NCBI RefSeq assembly: GCF_041804105.1
Contig: NZ_JBHCJY010000018.1
Coordinates: forward strand, 663 to 64,662
Direction of reading: 5' to 3'
Source: Neisseria sp.
GTDB lineage: Bacteria; Pseudomonadota; Gammaproteobacteria; Burkholderiales; Neisseriaceae
Length of the DNA stretch: 64,000 bases
In this document: positions 10,094 through 19,661 of the stretch, in pieces
Layout: the number at the start of each line of letters is the position of its first letter
Numbering within the stretch: position 1 is the stretch's first letter
The notes under the pieces: model-generated
Database searches by the model: none
Told to the model about the DNA's origin: nothing
Seen by the model: only the letters and a program-made list of their open reading frames with translations
Position numbers and translations under genes: made by a program

Positions 10094-10909
10094 CTATTTT
10101 TTCATCACGGCGCGTTTCACGATGATCCACCAGTCTTTCTTATCCAGCACGGGACGGCGGTTGAACACATCGTATTTTTCACCGTCGAGTTTTTGCAGAA
10201 TCATCTGACCGCCGGCCACAATCATCCGCAGTTCGAAACCGATGCGGCCTTTGAGCGTTTTGCCCAGGGGCGAACCGGCCTTGAGCATTTTGAAAGCGCG
10301 TTCGCATTCGTAGGCCATCAGCCGCTGGAAGGCAAAATCCGCCCTGCCTTCGGCAATCTGCGCTTCGGTTACGCCGAATTTCTGCAAATCGTCCTGCGGG
10401 ATGTAAACGCGGCCTTTCTGCCAATCCACGGCCACGTCCTGCCAGAAGTTGATGAGTTGCAGCGCGGTGCAGATGCCGTCGCTTTCGGCGATGCTGCGCG
10501 GATCGGTTTCGCCGTAGAGGTGCAGCATGATGCGGCCGACGGGATTTGCACTGCGGCGGCAGTAATCGGCCAATCCGGCGAAATTCTGATAGCGTTTGGT
10601 TACGACGTCCTGTTTGAATGCGGACAACAGGTCGTAAAACGGCTGCAACGGCAGTTTGAACGGCCGCACGGCTTCGTTGTTCAGACGGCGTACCAGCTCG
10701 GTTTCGGGTTCGAGGCCGTCTGAAATGCGGGTCAGTTCCGCCTCCAATGCGCCGAGTGCCTGCAAACGGCTTTCGTTGTCCGTTTCGCCTTCGTCGGCGA
10801 TGTCGTCGGCGGTGCGGGCAAAGGCATACACGGCGTGTATCGGGCGGCGCAGACGGCGCGGCACGGCAATGGAACCGACGGGGAAGTTTTCGTAATGGTT
10901 GACCGACAT
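10094..10909 (-). CDS. hpnC: Squalene synthase HpnC-like (hydroxysqualene synthase)
   Basis: HYENFPVGS N-terminus, ADDIADEG, YCRRSANPVGR, LQLINFWQDV. Confidence 0.9.
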   Translation of the reverse strand: MSVNHYENFPVGSIAVPRRLRRPIHAVYAFARTADDIADEGETDNESRLQALGALEAELTRISDGLEPETELVRRLNNEAVRPFKLPLQPFYDLLSAFKQDVVTKRYQNFAGLADYCRRSANPVGRIMLHLYGETDPRSIAESDGICTALQLINFWQDVAVDWQKGRVYIPQDDLQKFGVTEAQIAEGRADFAFQRLMAYECERAFKMLKAGSPLGKTLKGRIGFELRMIVAGGQMILQKLDGEKYDVFNRRPVLDKKDWWIIVKRAVMKK

Positions 10910-11139
10910 GGCGTTTCCTTGTTTTTTTCAGACGGCAGTATAGCGGATATGGCTGCGGTTGGGGTTCGGCTCAGACTTGGTTTTGGTTTTGTCGGATTTG
11001 GTTTCGAGCTGGAATTCAGATTCAGATTGGATTTACCCTGCCCTGTCATATTTAGGCCGTCTGAAAAACCATTCTCAGACGGCCTTGGTATTCGGTTGGA
11101 TTTCTACGGCATGTTGACTGATGCGGTATCGTGAACCAC

Positions 11140-11244
11140 CGTCATTTCCGCGTAGGCGGAAATCCGGCTTTAAATTTCAGAAACCTTTTTGATTCATGCG
11201 GTCGTGAATATCAACTCTGGATTCCCGCCTGCGCGGGAATGACG
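11140..11244. repeat. NIME repeat
   Basis: CGTCATTTCCGCGTAGGCGGAAATCC ... GGATTCCCGCCTGCGCGGGAATGACG. Confidence 0.85.
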
Positions 11245-11345
11245 GTCAATCCGAATCCCAAGCTCTCTAAACGCAGCCTTCAAAAAGATAAGCGCAATGT
11301 AAAGGCCGTCTGAAAAACCATTTTTCAGACGGCCTTCATTACGGC

Positions 11346-13118
11346 TTAACCACACGCTGCTTCGCCTACCTGCACGATGCGGTTGTGGAACGCGTCCAGC
11401 GTGCTGCGGTGGCCGATGCTGACAATCACGGCTTCGGGCAGGCTGCGGCGCAACAGGGTGTAGAGCTGCGCTTCGGTCGGTTCGTCGAGCGCGGAAGTGG
11501 CTTCGTCGAGCAGGATGATTTTCGGGCGGGCAAGCAGGGCGCGGACGAAGGCGACGCGCTGTAATTCGCCGGGCGAGAGTTTGCTCTGCCAGTCGTCGGT
11601 TGTGTCGAGCCTGCCGACGAGATAGCCGAGCCTGCAATCGCTCATTGCCTGTTCGAGTTCGGGGTGGTGCGGGGCTATGTCGGGATAGCACACCGCTTCG
11701 CGCAAGGTGCCCTGCGGGGTGTAGGGGCGTTGCGGCACAAACAGGATTCCGCTGTGGGCGGGGCGTTCGATGCGGCCACTGCTGCCGAACGGCCACAGCC
11801 CTGCCAAGGCGCGCAGCAGCGAGGTTTTGCCGCAACCGCTGGGGCCTTTGATCAGCAGCGAGTCGCCGCGTTTGACGTCAATATGGATGCCGCCGAGCAG
11901 GATTTCGCCGTTGTGGCGGTAAAGGGCGACGTTGTCCAGTTTGAGGCCGTCTGAAATTTCATGTACTTCGGGCTGTTGCGCGGAATACTGTTCTTCGGTG
12001 CTGACGAGAAAGCCGTAGAGACGTTCCTGTCGTGCGCGGTAGGCGGTGAATTCTTCGTAAAACAGGCGGAAAAACGACAGGGCGCGTTGCAGGCGGGAAA
12101 AGACCTGCACGGTCTGCTGCACGTCGCCCACTTTGATTTCGCGGGCGAACACGCGCGGGGCCTGCAAAATCACGGGGAAAAGCTGGATGCCGCGGCTGAA
12201 CATTTCGTTAAACCCGCTGAGTGCAACGCTTTGGCGGGCGATGCGCCAGCGGTTGCCGATAATGGCGGCAAAACGGCTGCGCAAGCCTTGTTCTTCCCGC
12301 CATTCGCCGTTGTAAAAGGCGACGCTTTCGGCGTGGTCGCGCACGCGGATGAGCGAGTAGCGGTAGTTGCCGTTGAGTTTTTCGTTTTCATAATTGTATT
12401 TAATCAACGGGTTGCCTATCCACATCGCGATTGCGGTGGCGATGATGACGAAGATGAACACAAACCACACGATGCCGCGCGGAATTTCGATGCCGAACAC
12501 GTTCAGCACGCCCGCCAAGCCCCATAATACGATGGCGAATTCCATCGATGAAATCACGGAATCGAGCATGCCGCGTATGAATTTGATGGTGGACGTGATG
12601 AAATCCTGCGCGTCCTGCTGGATACGCTGGTCGATGTTGTCGGGTGCGTGGCGGCGCATGTGCAGGCGGTAGTAGTTTTTGTCGGCCAGCCAGCGTTCGG
12701 TCAGCACCGCGTTGAGCCGTTCCGACCATTTGATCGCCAATACCTGATCGAAAAATTCGTTGACCACGCCGTTGAACGTGCGCAGCAGAATCACGCCCGC
12801 ATTCATTGCGGCAAACAGCCAAAAGGCTTCGGCATCAAGGTCTTGCAGGGTGTTGAGCAAACCTGCGGTCATGTAGGTGCTCATCACGTCGAGCCGCACT
12901 TCGGTGAGCAGCAACACCACCATCAGCAGCACCGCCGCCGCGATTTTCAGACGGCCTTTGAAGTCGGGCAGGCACGGTTTCAGGATATACCAAAACTCGC
13001 GGCCGAAACGGGTCCTGCCCGCCAGAAAAATAATCACGGCCGCGGCAAGCGCAATGCCGGCGGACGTTTGCAGCAGCCACAAGGGGGTAGCGTAGAGTTC
13101 GGTTTGCCATTTCTGCAT
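11346..13118 (-). CDS. Fused ABC transporter permease/ATPase, YddA/BacA(Rv1819c)/ABCD-like family
   Basis: PDNIDQRIQQD and EAA-like RDHAESVAFY motifs of ABC_membrane_2, Walker A GPSGCGKT, LSPGELQR signature, LLDEATS Walker B. Confidence 0.88.
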   Translation of the reverse strand: MQKWQTELYATPLWLLQTSAGIALAAAVIIFLAGRTRFGREFWYILKPCLPDFKGRLKIAAAVLLMVVLLLTEVRLDVMSTYMTAGLLNTLQDLDAEAFWLFAAMNAGVILLRTFNGVVNEFFDQVLAIKWSERLNAVLTERWLADKNYYRLHMRRHAPDNIDQRIQQDAQDFITSTIKFIRGMLDSVISSMEFAIVLWGLAGVLNVFGIEIPRGIVWFVFIFVIIATAIAMWIGNPLIKYNYENEKLNGNYRYSLIRVRDHAESVAFYNGEWREEQGLRSRFAAIIGNRWRIARQSVALSGFNEMFSRGIQLFPVILQAPRVFAREIKVGDVQQTVQVFSRLQRALSFFRLFYEEFTAYRARQERLYGFLVSTEEQYSAQQPEVHEISDGLKLDNVALYRHNGEILLGGIHIDVKRGDSLLIKGPSGCGKTSLLRALAGLWPFGSSGRIERPAHSGILFVPQRPYTPQGTLREAVCYPDIAPHHPELEQAMSDCRLGYLVGRLDTTDDWQSKLSPGELQRVAFVRALLARPKIILLDEATSALDEPTEAQLYTLLRRSLPEAVIVSIGHRSTLDAFHNRIVQVGEAACG

Positions 13119-13307
13119 GATGTTCCGTACTTCGATGGTTTGTGTGATAAACGGCGGTTTTCCGTTTTTCAGACGGCCTGATTCGGCTCAGGCCGTCTGA
13201 AAAACCTTCACAACTGTTTGTCGGATAACTATCAGTGAAGTTTGTATAATGTTGTATTTAAATCAGAATTTCACAGATAAAAGTTATTTTCACGTTAAAT
13301 TTTAGAA

Positions 13308-13332
13308 AATGCGAGATGGTATCAAATATAAT
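13308..13332 (+). promoter_or_regulatory. Possible Fur box in the spacer of the TonB-receptor promoter
   Basis: AATGCGAGATGGTATCA (13308-13324) partly matches the Fur consensus and sits just before TATAAT (13327-13332). The match is weak. Confidence 0.4.
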
Positions 13333-13430
13333 ATTGCCGCGAAATTACTTTGTAATTTTTTACCTTGCCGGAGATTCCCGCTCCGTTTTCCCTCAAATAC
13401 CCAAACCTTGAACCTTTGAAGAAGAGAACG

Positions 13431-15632
13431 ATGAACAGCAGACTTGCCCTCCTCCCCCTGCTCGTGGCCGCCGCATTCGCCTGCGCCGCCGACGAAACCG
13501 CCCCTGCACAACCCGACAGCAGCGTCGAACTGCAACAGGTCGAAGTCAGGGGCACCAACAAATCCTTCCGCTCCTTTTCCATCGCCAGCGACGGCGATTT
13601 GCGCGACCGCGTAAACTTGGGACTGCTGGGCAAAGCCAACGCCTTCACCGCCCCGGTTACCGTAGTCAACTACGACGAAAAAGCGATTAACGACAAAGCC
13701 GCCCGCAATCTGGTGGACGTTGTCGCCAAAACCGATGCCTCCACCATGTCGTTCGGCGGCGAAACCAACACCCTCAACGGCCTGTATGTGCGCGGCCAGC
13801 AGCTCGATGCCCGCCAGTTCAGCGTCAACGGCCTGGCCGGCATGTATTCCTACCAATCCTCCCCCACCGCAGCCGTCGGTTCGGCGCAACTGATTAAAGG
13901 CGCGTCCAGCGCGATTAACGGCATGGATCCCGAAGGCGCGGTTTCAGGTTCCGTCAACATCGAAACCAAAAAAGCCACCGACACTCCGATCAACACAGTC
14001 GGCATCGGCTACTTCAGCGACAGCCGCGCCCAAGGTTCGTTTGATTTCGGCCGCCGTTTCGGTACCGACCAAAAATGGGGCGCACGCATCAACGGCAAAC
14101 TGCGCAACGGCGACACCCCGCGCGACGGCTATAAAGAAGACAACAAAGAATTCGCCCTCAACGCCGATTACCGCGGCGAGCAACTGCGCGTCGCCATCGA
14201 CAGCATGTATTCCAAACGCAAAACCACAGGCGGCCGCGGCCGCGTACAGGACATCCAGTTTCTGAATTTCCGCCTGCCCGCCGCACCCGACGGCAAAACC
14301 AACCTTGTCCCGGACTGGCAGGGCCAAACCACGCGCGACCAAACCAATATGCTCACGTTTGAATACGACGCACACGACAAAGTCCAGCTTTCAGGCGGCA
14401 TCGGTTACAACCATTCGCGCTACTACGGCAACTTCGCCCAAATCAACGCAGGCACAATCAACAGAAATACCGGCAGAATCACCACGCTCATCGAACCAAA
14501 CGGCGATTATTATCTCGGTGCAAATAGAAACAACGGCTCCCGCCTGAGCGACCAAACCTCCAAAACCTTCAGCATCAATTTGGGCGCACGCGGCGAATTC
14601 GAAACCGGCCCGGTAACCCACACTTGGAGTACCGCATACGACCGCGTCCGCCGCTCACGTCTGAATTATTGGGGCAGCGACTACACCAACAGTATCCGAA
14701 CCAACTTCTACAACCCCGATTTCAGTTCCGGCACACGCACCCTCGCCCCGCTTGCCGCCACACCCAGTGTCAACGCCACCTACGTTGCCAACAGCCTCGC
14801 CCTGTCCGACACGCTCGGCCTTTCAGACGGCAAATACCGCCTGACACTCGGCGGCCGCATGCAGTGGATTAAACAGGAAGACAAAACCGAAACACCCGTT
14901 TCCAAAGGCAGCGCCCACCGCTTCAGCCCCATGCTGATGGCCGCATGGCGTCCGCAACAGGATACCGTCGTTTACGGCAACTACATGGAAGACCTTGAAC
15001 CCGGCGCCATCGATGCCGATTCCGGCACCATGGCCGACCCGCGCGTCAGCCGCCAGTTCGAAGTCGGCGTACGCAAAAACTGGGGCAACGTCGTTACCGC
15101 ACTCAACGCCTTCCAGATTACCCGTCCCGGCTATTGGCGCACCACTGGCGCGGCACAAGGCAAAGAACGCAGCCGCGGCATAGAATTCAACACCTACGCC
15201 AACCTGCTCGACAAAACCCTGCGCCCCAGCTTCGGCATCATGTACCTGCGCCCCGACCTCAAAAACTACCCCACCTACACCGACACACTGGTCAACGGTA
15301 CCCAAGTCGCCAGCCCCCGCATCATCGCCAAAGCAGGCATCGAATGGGACACCCCGTGGGTCAAAGGCCTGACGCTCAACAGCCACGCCCAATACTACGG
15401 CAAGTCCTATCAGGACACGCAAAAACAGTACAGCTTCCCCTCATACACCCTGTTTGACGTCGGCGCCAGCTACGCCGCCAAAGTCGGTAAAAACAAACTG
15501 ACCGTCAGCGGCTCGGTGGAAAACCTGTTCAACAAAAACTACTGGCAGGTCCAACGAGGCCAATACGACCGCAGCTTCGCCGTCGTCGGCATGCCCCGCA
15601 CCTACTGGCTGAAAGCGGAATACGCGTTCTAA
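13431..15632 (+). CDS. TonB-dependent receptor (siderophore-receptor-like)
   Basis: Signal peptide, TonB-box-like VEVRG, plug motif (VRG...NG...QLIKGAS), beta-barrel strands, ENLFNKNYW and terminal Phe. Confidence 0.93.
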   Translation: MNSRLALLPLLVAAAFACAADETAPAQPDSSVELQQVEVRGTNKSFRSFSIASDGDLRDRVNLGLLGKANAFTAPVTVVNYDEKAINDKAARNLVDVVAKTDASTMSFGGETNTLNGLYVRGQQLDARQFSVNGLAGMYSYQSSPTAAVGSAQLIKGASSAINGMDPEGAVSGSVNIETKKATDTPINTVGIGYFSDSRAQGSFDFGRRFGTDQKWGARINGKLRNGDTPRDGYKEDNKEFALNADYRGEQLRVAIDSMYSKRKTTGGRGRVQDIQFLNFRLPAAPDGKTNLVPDWQGQTTRDQTNMLTFEYDAHDKVQLSGGIGYNHSRYYGNFAQINAGTINRNTGRITTLIEPNGDYYLGANRNNGSRLSDQTSKTFSINLGARGEFETGPVTHTWSTAYDRVRRSRLNYWGSDYTNSIRTNFYNPDFSSGTRTLAPLAATPSVNATYVANSLALSDTLGLSDGKYRLTLGGRMQWIKQEDKTETPVSKGSAHRFSPMLMAAWRPQQDTVVYGNYMEDLEPGAIDADSGTMADPRVSRQFEVGVRKNWGNVVTALNAFQITRPGYWRTTGAAQGKERSRGIEFNTYANLLDKTLRPSFGIMYLRPDLKNYPTYTDTLVNGTQVASPRIIAKAGIEWDTPWVKGLTLNSHAQYYGKSYQDTQKQYSFPSYTLFDVGASYAAKVGKNKLTVSGSVENLFNKNYWQVQRGQYDRSFAVVGMPRTYWLKAEYAF

Positions 15633-15668
15633 AAACCCGCCTGCTTATCATGATGCAGAAGCAGAGAA

Positions 15669-15698
15669 AGGCCGTCTGAAAATATTTTCAGACGGCCT
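15669..15698. terminator. DUS inverted-repeat terminator of the TonB receptor gene
   Basis: Paired AG-DUS copies after the stop. Confidence 0.8.
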
Positions 15699-15789
15699 TC
15701 AAACTACTAGCCACATAATTAAGAATATATAGCGGTTACACATACAGCACGGTAAAATGCTCAAAATAATTTAATTTTCAGATACACAC

Positions 15790-16326
15790 ATGAATACCAA
15801 CGATACCGAATGGGTCAGCAAAACCCGTATGAAGCAGCAAATGAACGATTTACAGGATTTAGGCATGCAGCTTACCCGTCTTGCGCCCGATACGCTGAAA
15901 AAAATCGGGTTGCACGAAGATTTGTTGGAAGCTATTCTTACCTATAAGAAAATCACAGCCAACGGTGCGCTCAAGCGGCAGGCACAGTATATCGGGCGTT
16001 TGATGCGCGACACCGATCCCGAGCCCATCGAACGCTTTCTGGCCAAACTGCGCGGCGACAATGCAGCGCACAACGCTTTTCTGCAACGCGTCGAACAGAC
16101 TCGCGAGCGTTTAATCGCAGATAACGACGCGCTTACTGTATTTATGGCCGACCATCCCCATGCTGATGCCAACAAGTTGCGTACGTTAATCCGCAACACC
16201 CGCAAAGAACAGGAGCTGAGCAAACCTCCGAAAAATTTCCGTGCGCTGTTTCAGGAAATCAAATCCGTCATGGAAGGTGGCGGCTCGGACAGCAGTATTC
16301 AGGAGCAGCAACAAGCAGAACCGTAA
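15790..16326 (+). CDS. yjgA: Ribosome biogenesis factor YjgA/DarP (DUF615)
   Basis: SKTRMKQQMNDLQDLG, RQAQYIGRLMR, KNFRALFQEIK. Confidence 0.9.
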   Translation: MNTNDTEWVSKTRMKQQMNDLQDLGMQLTRLAPDTLKKIGLHEDLLEAILTYKKITANGALKRQAQYIGRLMRDTDPEPIERFLAKLRGDNAAHNAFLQRVEQTRERLIADNDALTVFMADHPHADANKLRTLIRNTRKEQELSKPPKNFRALFQEIKSVMEGGGSDSSIQEQQQAEP

Positions 16327-16922
16327 CTCCATTCGCAGCAGCCGTGTACGACAGTTACGGCAAAGGCCTAAAGGCCGTCTGAAACATGATTTTCAGACCG
16401 CCTTTAGGCCTTTAAACTGATTCTCCATTAAAAAATACCGAATGCCGTGAAATATTCCCGACAATCTTTATAAACATTTAAATATTTTTTGCATAAAAAT
16501 CATACATATATCCTAATTTTTTTTTAATTTATAAAATATAATCTATTAAAAAATAGGAAAATTTTTTATACAGCCAATCCGGTTGTTTTTCAAAACTTAA
16601 CCGGGGCGGATTGTTCTGTAAAAATGCGGCTAAAACTGCAAGTATGTTTGAATTTAAAAACAATCCAAACCTAAATACCTCTTTTGGAAGCAAACTCCAT
16701 TGTTCAACCGCAACCGAAATTTTCAGACGGCCTGTCATTTAAACCGCGAATACGGCTGCCGCCGTTTGGACTGCGTTCGGATATTGCACCGATACCTGAT
16801 TTTTCGTCATTTCCATTCAGACGGAAATCCGTATCCGATATACGCCGACGCTTCTTAAAAATAAAGCTGTGTGTGTGGATATTATATTGATTGGCAATTG
16901 GCAAGACAGCCCCTCCAATCTC

Positions 16923-17027
16923 CGTCATTCCCGCGTGGGCGGGAATCCATGTTTGAAATCCGGTATCTTTTTCTAAGCCAGCACTTATGAATATCAAAAC
17001 CGGATTCCCACCCGCACAAGAACGACG
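16923..17027. repeat. NIME repeat
   Basis: Perfect left dRS3 ATTCCCGCGTGGGCGGGAAT, degenerate right copy, core shared with the 43.5-44.0 kb and 57.5 kb copies. Confidence 0.85.
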
Positions 17028-17091
17028 CAAACCAAAGTATCAGCACCATACCCAAACATACAGCCAAGCGTTTTCAGACGGCCTTTTCATG

Positions 17092-18837
17092 CTAAGCCGC
17101 CTCCCAATAATCAATATAAAGCTGCAACTCCGTATTGCCGCGCCATTCGTTGGCCACGGGACGGTAAACGGTGCGGATGCGCGCGGGAATGTCGTCTTCG
17201 CAACGCCAGAACATCGCTTCGAATTCGCAGCCGTCTTTTTGCAGCCAGGCTTTGCGGTGTTTGCCTTCCGCGCCCATCGGCTGCTGGCGCACGACGGCGA
17301 ATTCGTCGGTAAAGCTCGGCGGCGCGAAGCCCTGCCCCCAAACGTGGCGGGCAAGGTTCTGCGCCTGTTCGAGCGTGATGTCGCGGGCGGGCAGGCTGCC
17401 GTCGGTAACGAAGGTTTGCGACAAATCGTCTTGACCGACCATATCGCGCACGGCGGTTTCGAAGGCCGTCTGAAAAGTGGGAATGTCGCGTTCGAGTATG
17501 CTCAAACCCGCCGCCATCGCGTGTCCGCCGAATTTCAAAATCAAATCGGGATGGCGTTTGCTTAACAAATCGAGCGCGTCGCGCAGGTGCAGCTTGGGAA
17601 TGGAACGCCCTGAGCCGCGCACTTCGCCGTTGCCTGCGGGAGCGAACACTACGGCGGGGCGGTAGAAACGGTCTTTCAGACGGCTGGCAACGATGCCGAC
17701 CACGCCTTGATGGAAATCTTCACGGTAGGCCGTGAGCGTGGTTTGGCCGTCGGGCAGGGTTTCGGGAAAACCGTCCAACGCGTCTTGCAGCATGGATTGT
17801 TCGATTTCGCGGCGTTCGATGTTCAAATCGTTGAGCTGCGCGGCCAGGCTTTGCGCTTCGGCTTCGTCGGCGGCCAGCAGGCAGGCGATGCCGACCGACA
17901 TGTCGTCGAGCCGCCCTGCCGCATTGATGCGCGGGCCGAGTGCAAAACCCATGTCGAACGGCTGCGCTTTGCGCCAGTCGCGGCGGGCAACGTCAAACAG
18001 GGCGCGGATGCCCGGCCGCATTTTGCCCGCGCGCATCCGTTTCAGGCCCTGCGAAACGAGAATGCGGTTGTTGTGGTCGAGCGCGACCACGTCGGCCACC
18101 GTGCCCAATGCCACCAAATCGAGCAGTTCGCCGAGATTGGGTTCGGCAATGGTGTTCACACCGTCAAGGCCGTCTGAAAACGGTTTGGCATTTTCAGACG
18201 GCCTGAAATGGCCGCGCCGCCGCAATTCGGCACGCAATGCCGTCAGCACATAAAAAATCACACCGACACCGGCCAGACTTTTGCTTGGAAAGCCGCAGCC
18301 TTTCTGATTCGGGTTCACGATGATGCAGTCGGGCACGGTATCGGCGGGCAGGTGGTGGTCGGTAACGATGACGTCCAAACCCAAAGCCTGCGCGCGCGCC
18401 ACGCCTGCGGTGCTGGCGATGCCGTTGTCCACCGTCAGCAAAACGTCTGCACCTTGCGCCGCCGCTATTTCCGCCAGCTCGGGCGTAAGGCCGTAGCCGT
18501 GCTCGAAACGGTTGGGTACGAGAAAATCAACCGCGCCGCCCATCGCGGCCAAACCGTTTACGCCCACCGCACAAGCCGTTGCGCCGTCGGCATCGTAGTC
18601 GGCCACAATCAGGATTTTTTCGCGCTTCTGCACCGCGTCGGCCAGACGGGCTGCGGCTTCGGTACAGCCTTTGAGCATGGTGTAGGGAATCAGCGCGGAG
18701 AGATTGTCGGCAAGTTCGCCGGCAGTTTCTACTTGGCGGGCGGCGTACAGGCGGGCGGTTAACGGGTCGGCTCCTGCCGCCATCAAGGTTTGGAAAGCGG
18801 CGGAATTTACCGGACGGATTTGGATTTTTGCGGACAT
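17092..18837 (-). CDS. recJ: Single-stranded DNA exonuclease RecJ
   Basis: DYDADG, TVDNG, TDHH (DHH family), LGTVADVV, GSGRS, GGHAMAAG. Start set at MSAKIQ (18837). Confidence 0.95.
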   Translation of the reverse strand: MSAKIQIRPVNSAAFQTLMAAGADPLTARLYAARQVETAGELADNLSALIPYTMLKGCTEAAARLADAVQKREKILIVADYDADGATACAVGVNGLAAMGGAVDFLVPNRFEHGYGLTPELAEIAAAQGADVLLTVDNGIASTAGVARAQALGLDVIVTDHHLPADTVPDCIIVNPNQKGCGFPSKSLAGVGVIFYVLTALRAELRRRGHFRPSENAKPFSDGLDGVNTIAEPNLGELLDLVALGTVADVVALDHNNRILVSQGLKRMRAGKMRPGIRALFDVARRDWRKAQPFDMGFALGPRINAAGRLDDMSVGIACLLAADEAEAQSLAAQLNDLNIERREIEQSMLQDALDGFPETLPDGQTTLTAYREDFHQGVVGIVASRLKDRFYRPAVVFAPAGNGEVRGSGRSIPKLHLRDALDLLSKRHPDLILKFGGHAMAAGLSILERDIPTFQTAFETAVRDMVGQDDLSQTFVTDGSLPARDITLEQAQNLARHVWGQGFAPPSFTDEFAVVRQQPMGAEGKHRKAWLQKDGCEFEAMFWRCEDDIPARIRTVYRPVANEWRGNTELQLYIDYWEAA

Positions 18838-19170
18838 GTTATACGGAAAGTGTTTTTTGTACGGAAACGGAAAAGGCAGTATTGTAGCGCGTTTGGAAAC
18901 CCATCCCCTGCCTTTTACAGAAGCCGAGAAACACGCCGCTGCAACCATCAAGGTCTTCAAACAGAGCCGTTTTTCCCGCCGCGACCACTACCCGTTTTCT
19001 CATCACGGCAGTGGTTTCCGCATAAACCCCGTCCGAACAGGCCGTCTGAAAATTACACCGTGAAATCAACACTTTTTTTTTGATGTGAAACGGGTTATAA
19101 TTAGGAAATTTTTCGATTTACTTCTGAAAAATGGCCACACGGCCATTTTTTGTTTATGCAGCGGAGCAAA

Positions 19171-19602
19171 ATGGACATTCAGACTATTCTCGACAAAACC
19201 CTGCCGGGCCTCGGTTACGAACTTGTGGATTTCGAGCTGACGGCCCAGGGCGATTTGCGTATTTTCATCGATAAAGAAAGCGGAATTACGGTAGAAGACT
19301 GCGCCACCGTGAGCAACCACCTGAGCCGCCTGTTTATGGTGGAAGACGTGGATTACAAACGTTTGGAAATTTCAAGTCCGGGGCTTGACCGTCCGTTGAA
19401 AAAAGCCGCGGATTTCGTACGCTTTGCCGGACAGCAGGCAAAAATCAAAACACGTCTGCCGATTGACGGCCAAAAAAACTTCATCGGATGTATCGAAGGA
19501 TGTGAAAACGAAACCGTTACCCTGTCTTTTGACGGCAAAACTGCCGAAATCGAGCTGTCAAACATCGACAAAGCCCGCCTGAAGCCTGAATTCAAATTTT
19601 AA
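19171..19602 (+). CDS. rimP: Ribosome maturation factor RimP
   Basis: [24 protein letters not shown]; first gene of the rimP-nusA-infB operon. Confidence 0.95.
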   Translation: MDIQTILDKTLPGLGYELVDFELTAQGDLRIFIDKESGITVEDCATVSNHLSRLFMVEDVDYKRLEISSPGLDRPLKKAADFVRFAGQQAKIKTRLPIDGQKNFIGCIEGCENETVTLSFDGKTAEIELSNIDKARLKPEFKF

Positions 19603-19661
19603 AGCCTTTTAAAAACAAACTTTTTTAGATTTTTAGATAATCAAACGGAGATTCTTGAAAA

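Noticed and set aside
11346-13118. Dedicated exporter for the double-glycine peptide
   Set aside because: It has no N-terminal C39 peptidase domain, no HlyD partner is nearby, and its motifs belong to the YddA/BacA/ABCD family.
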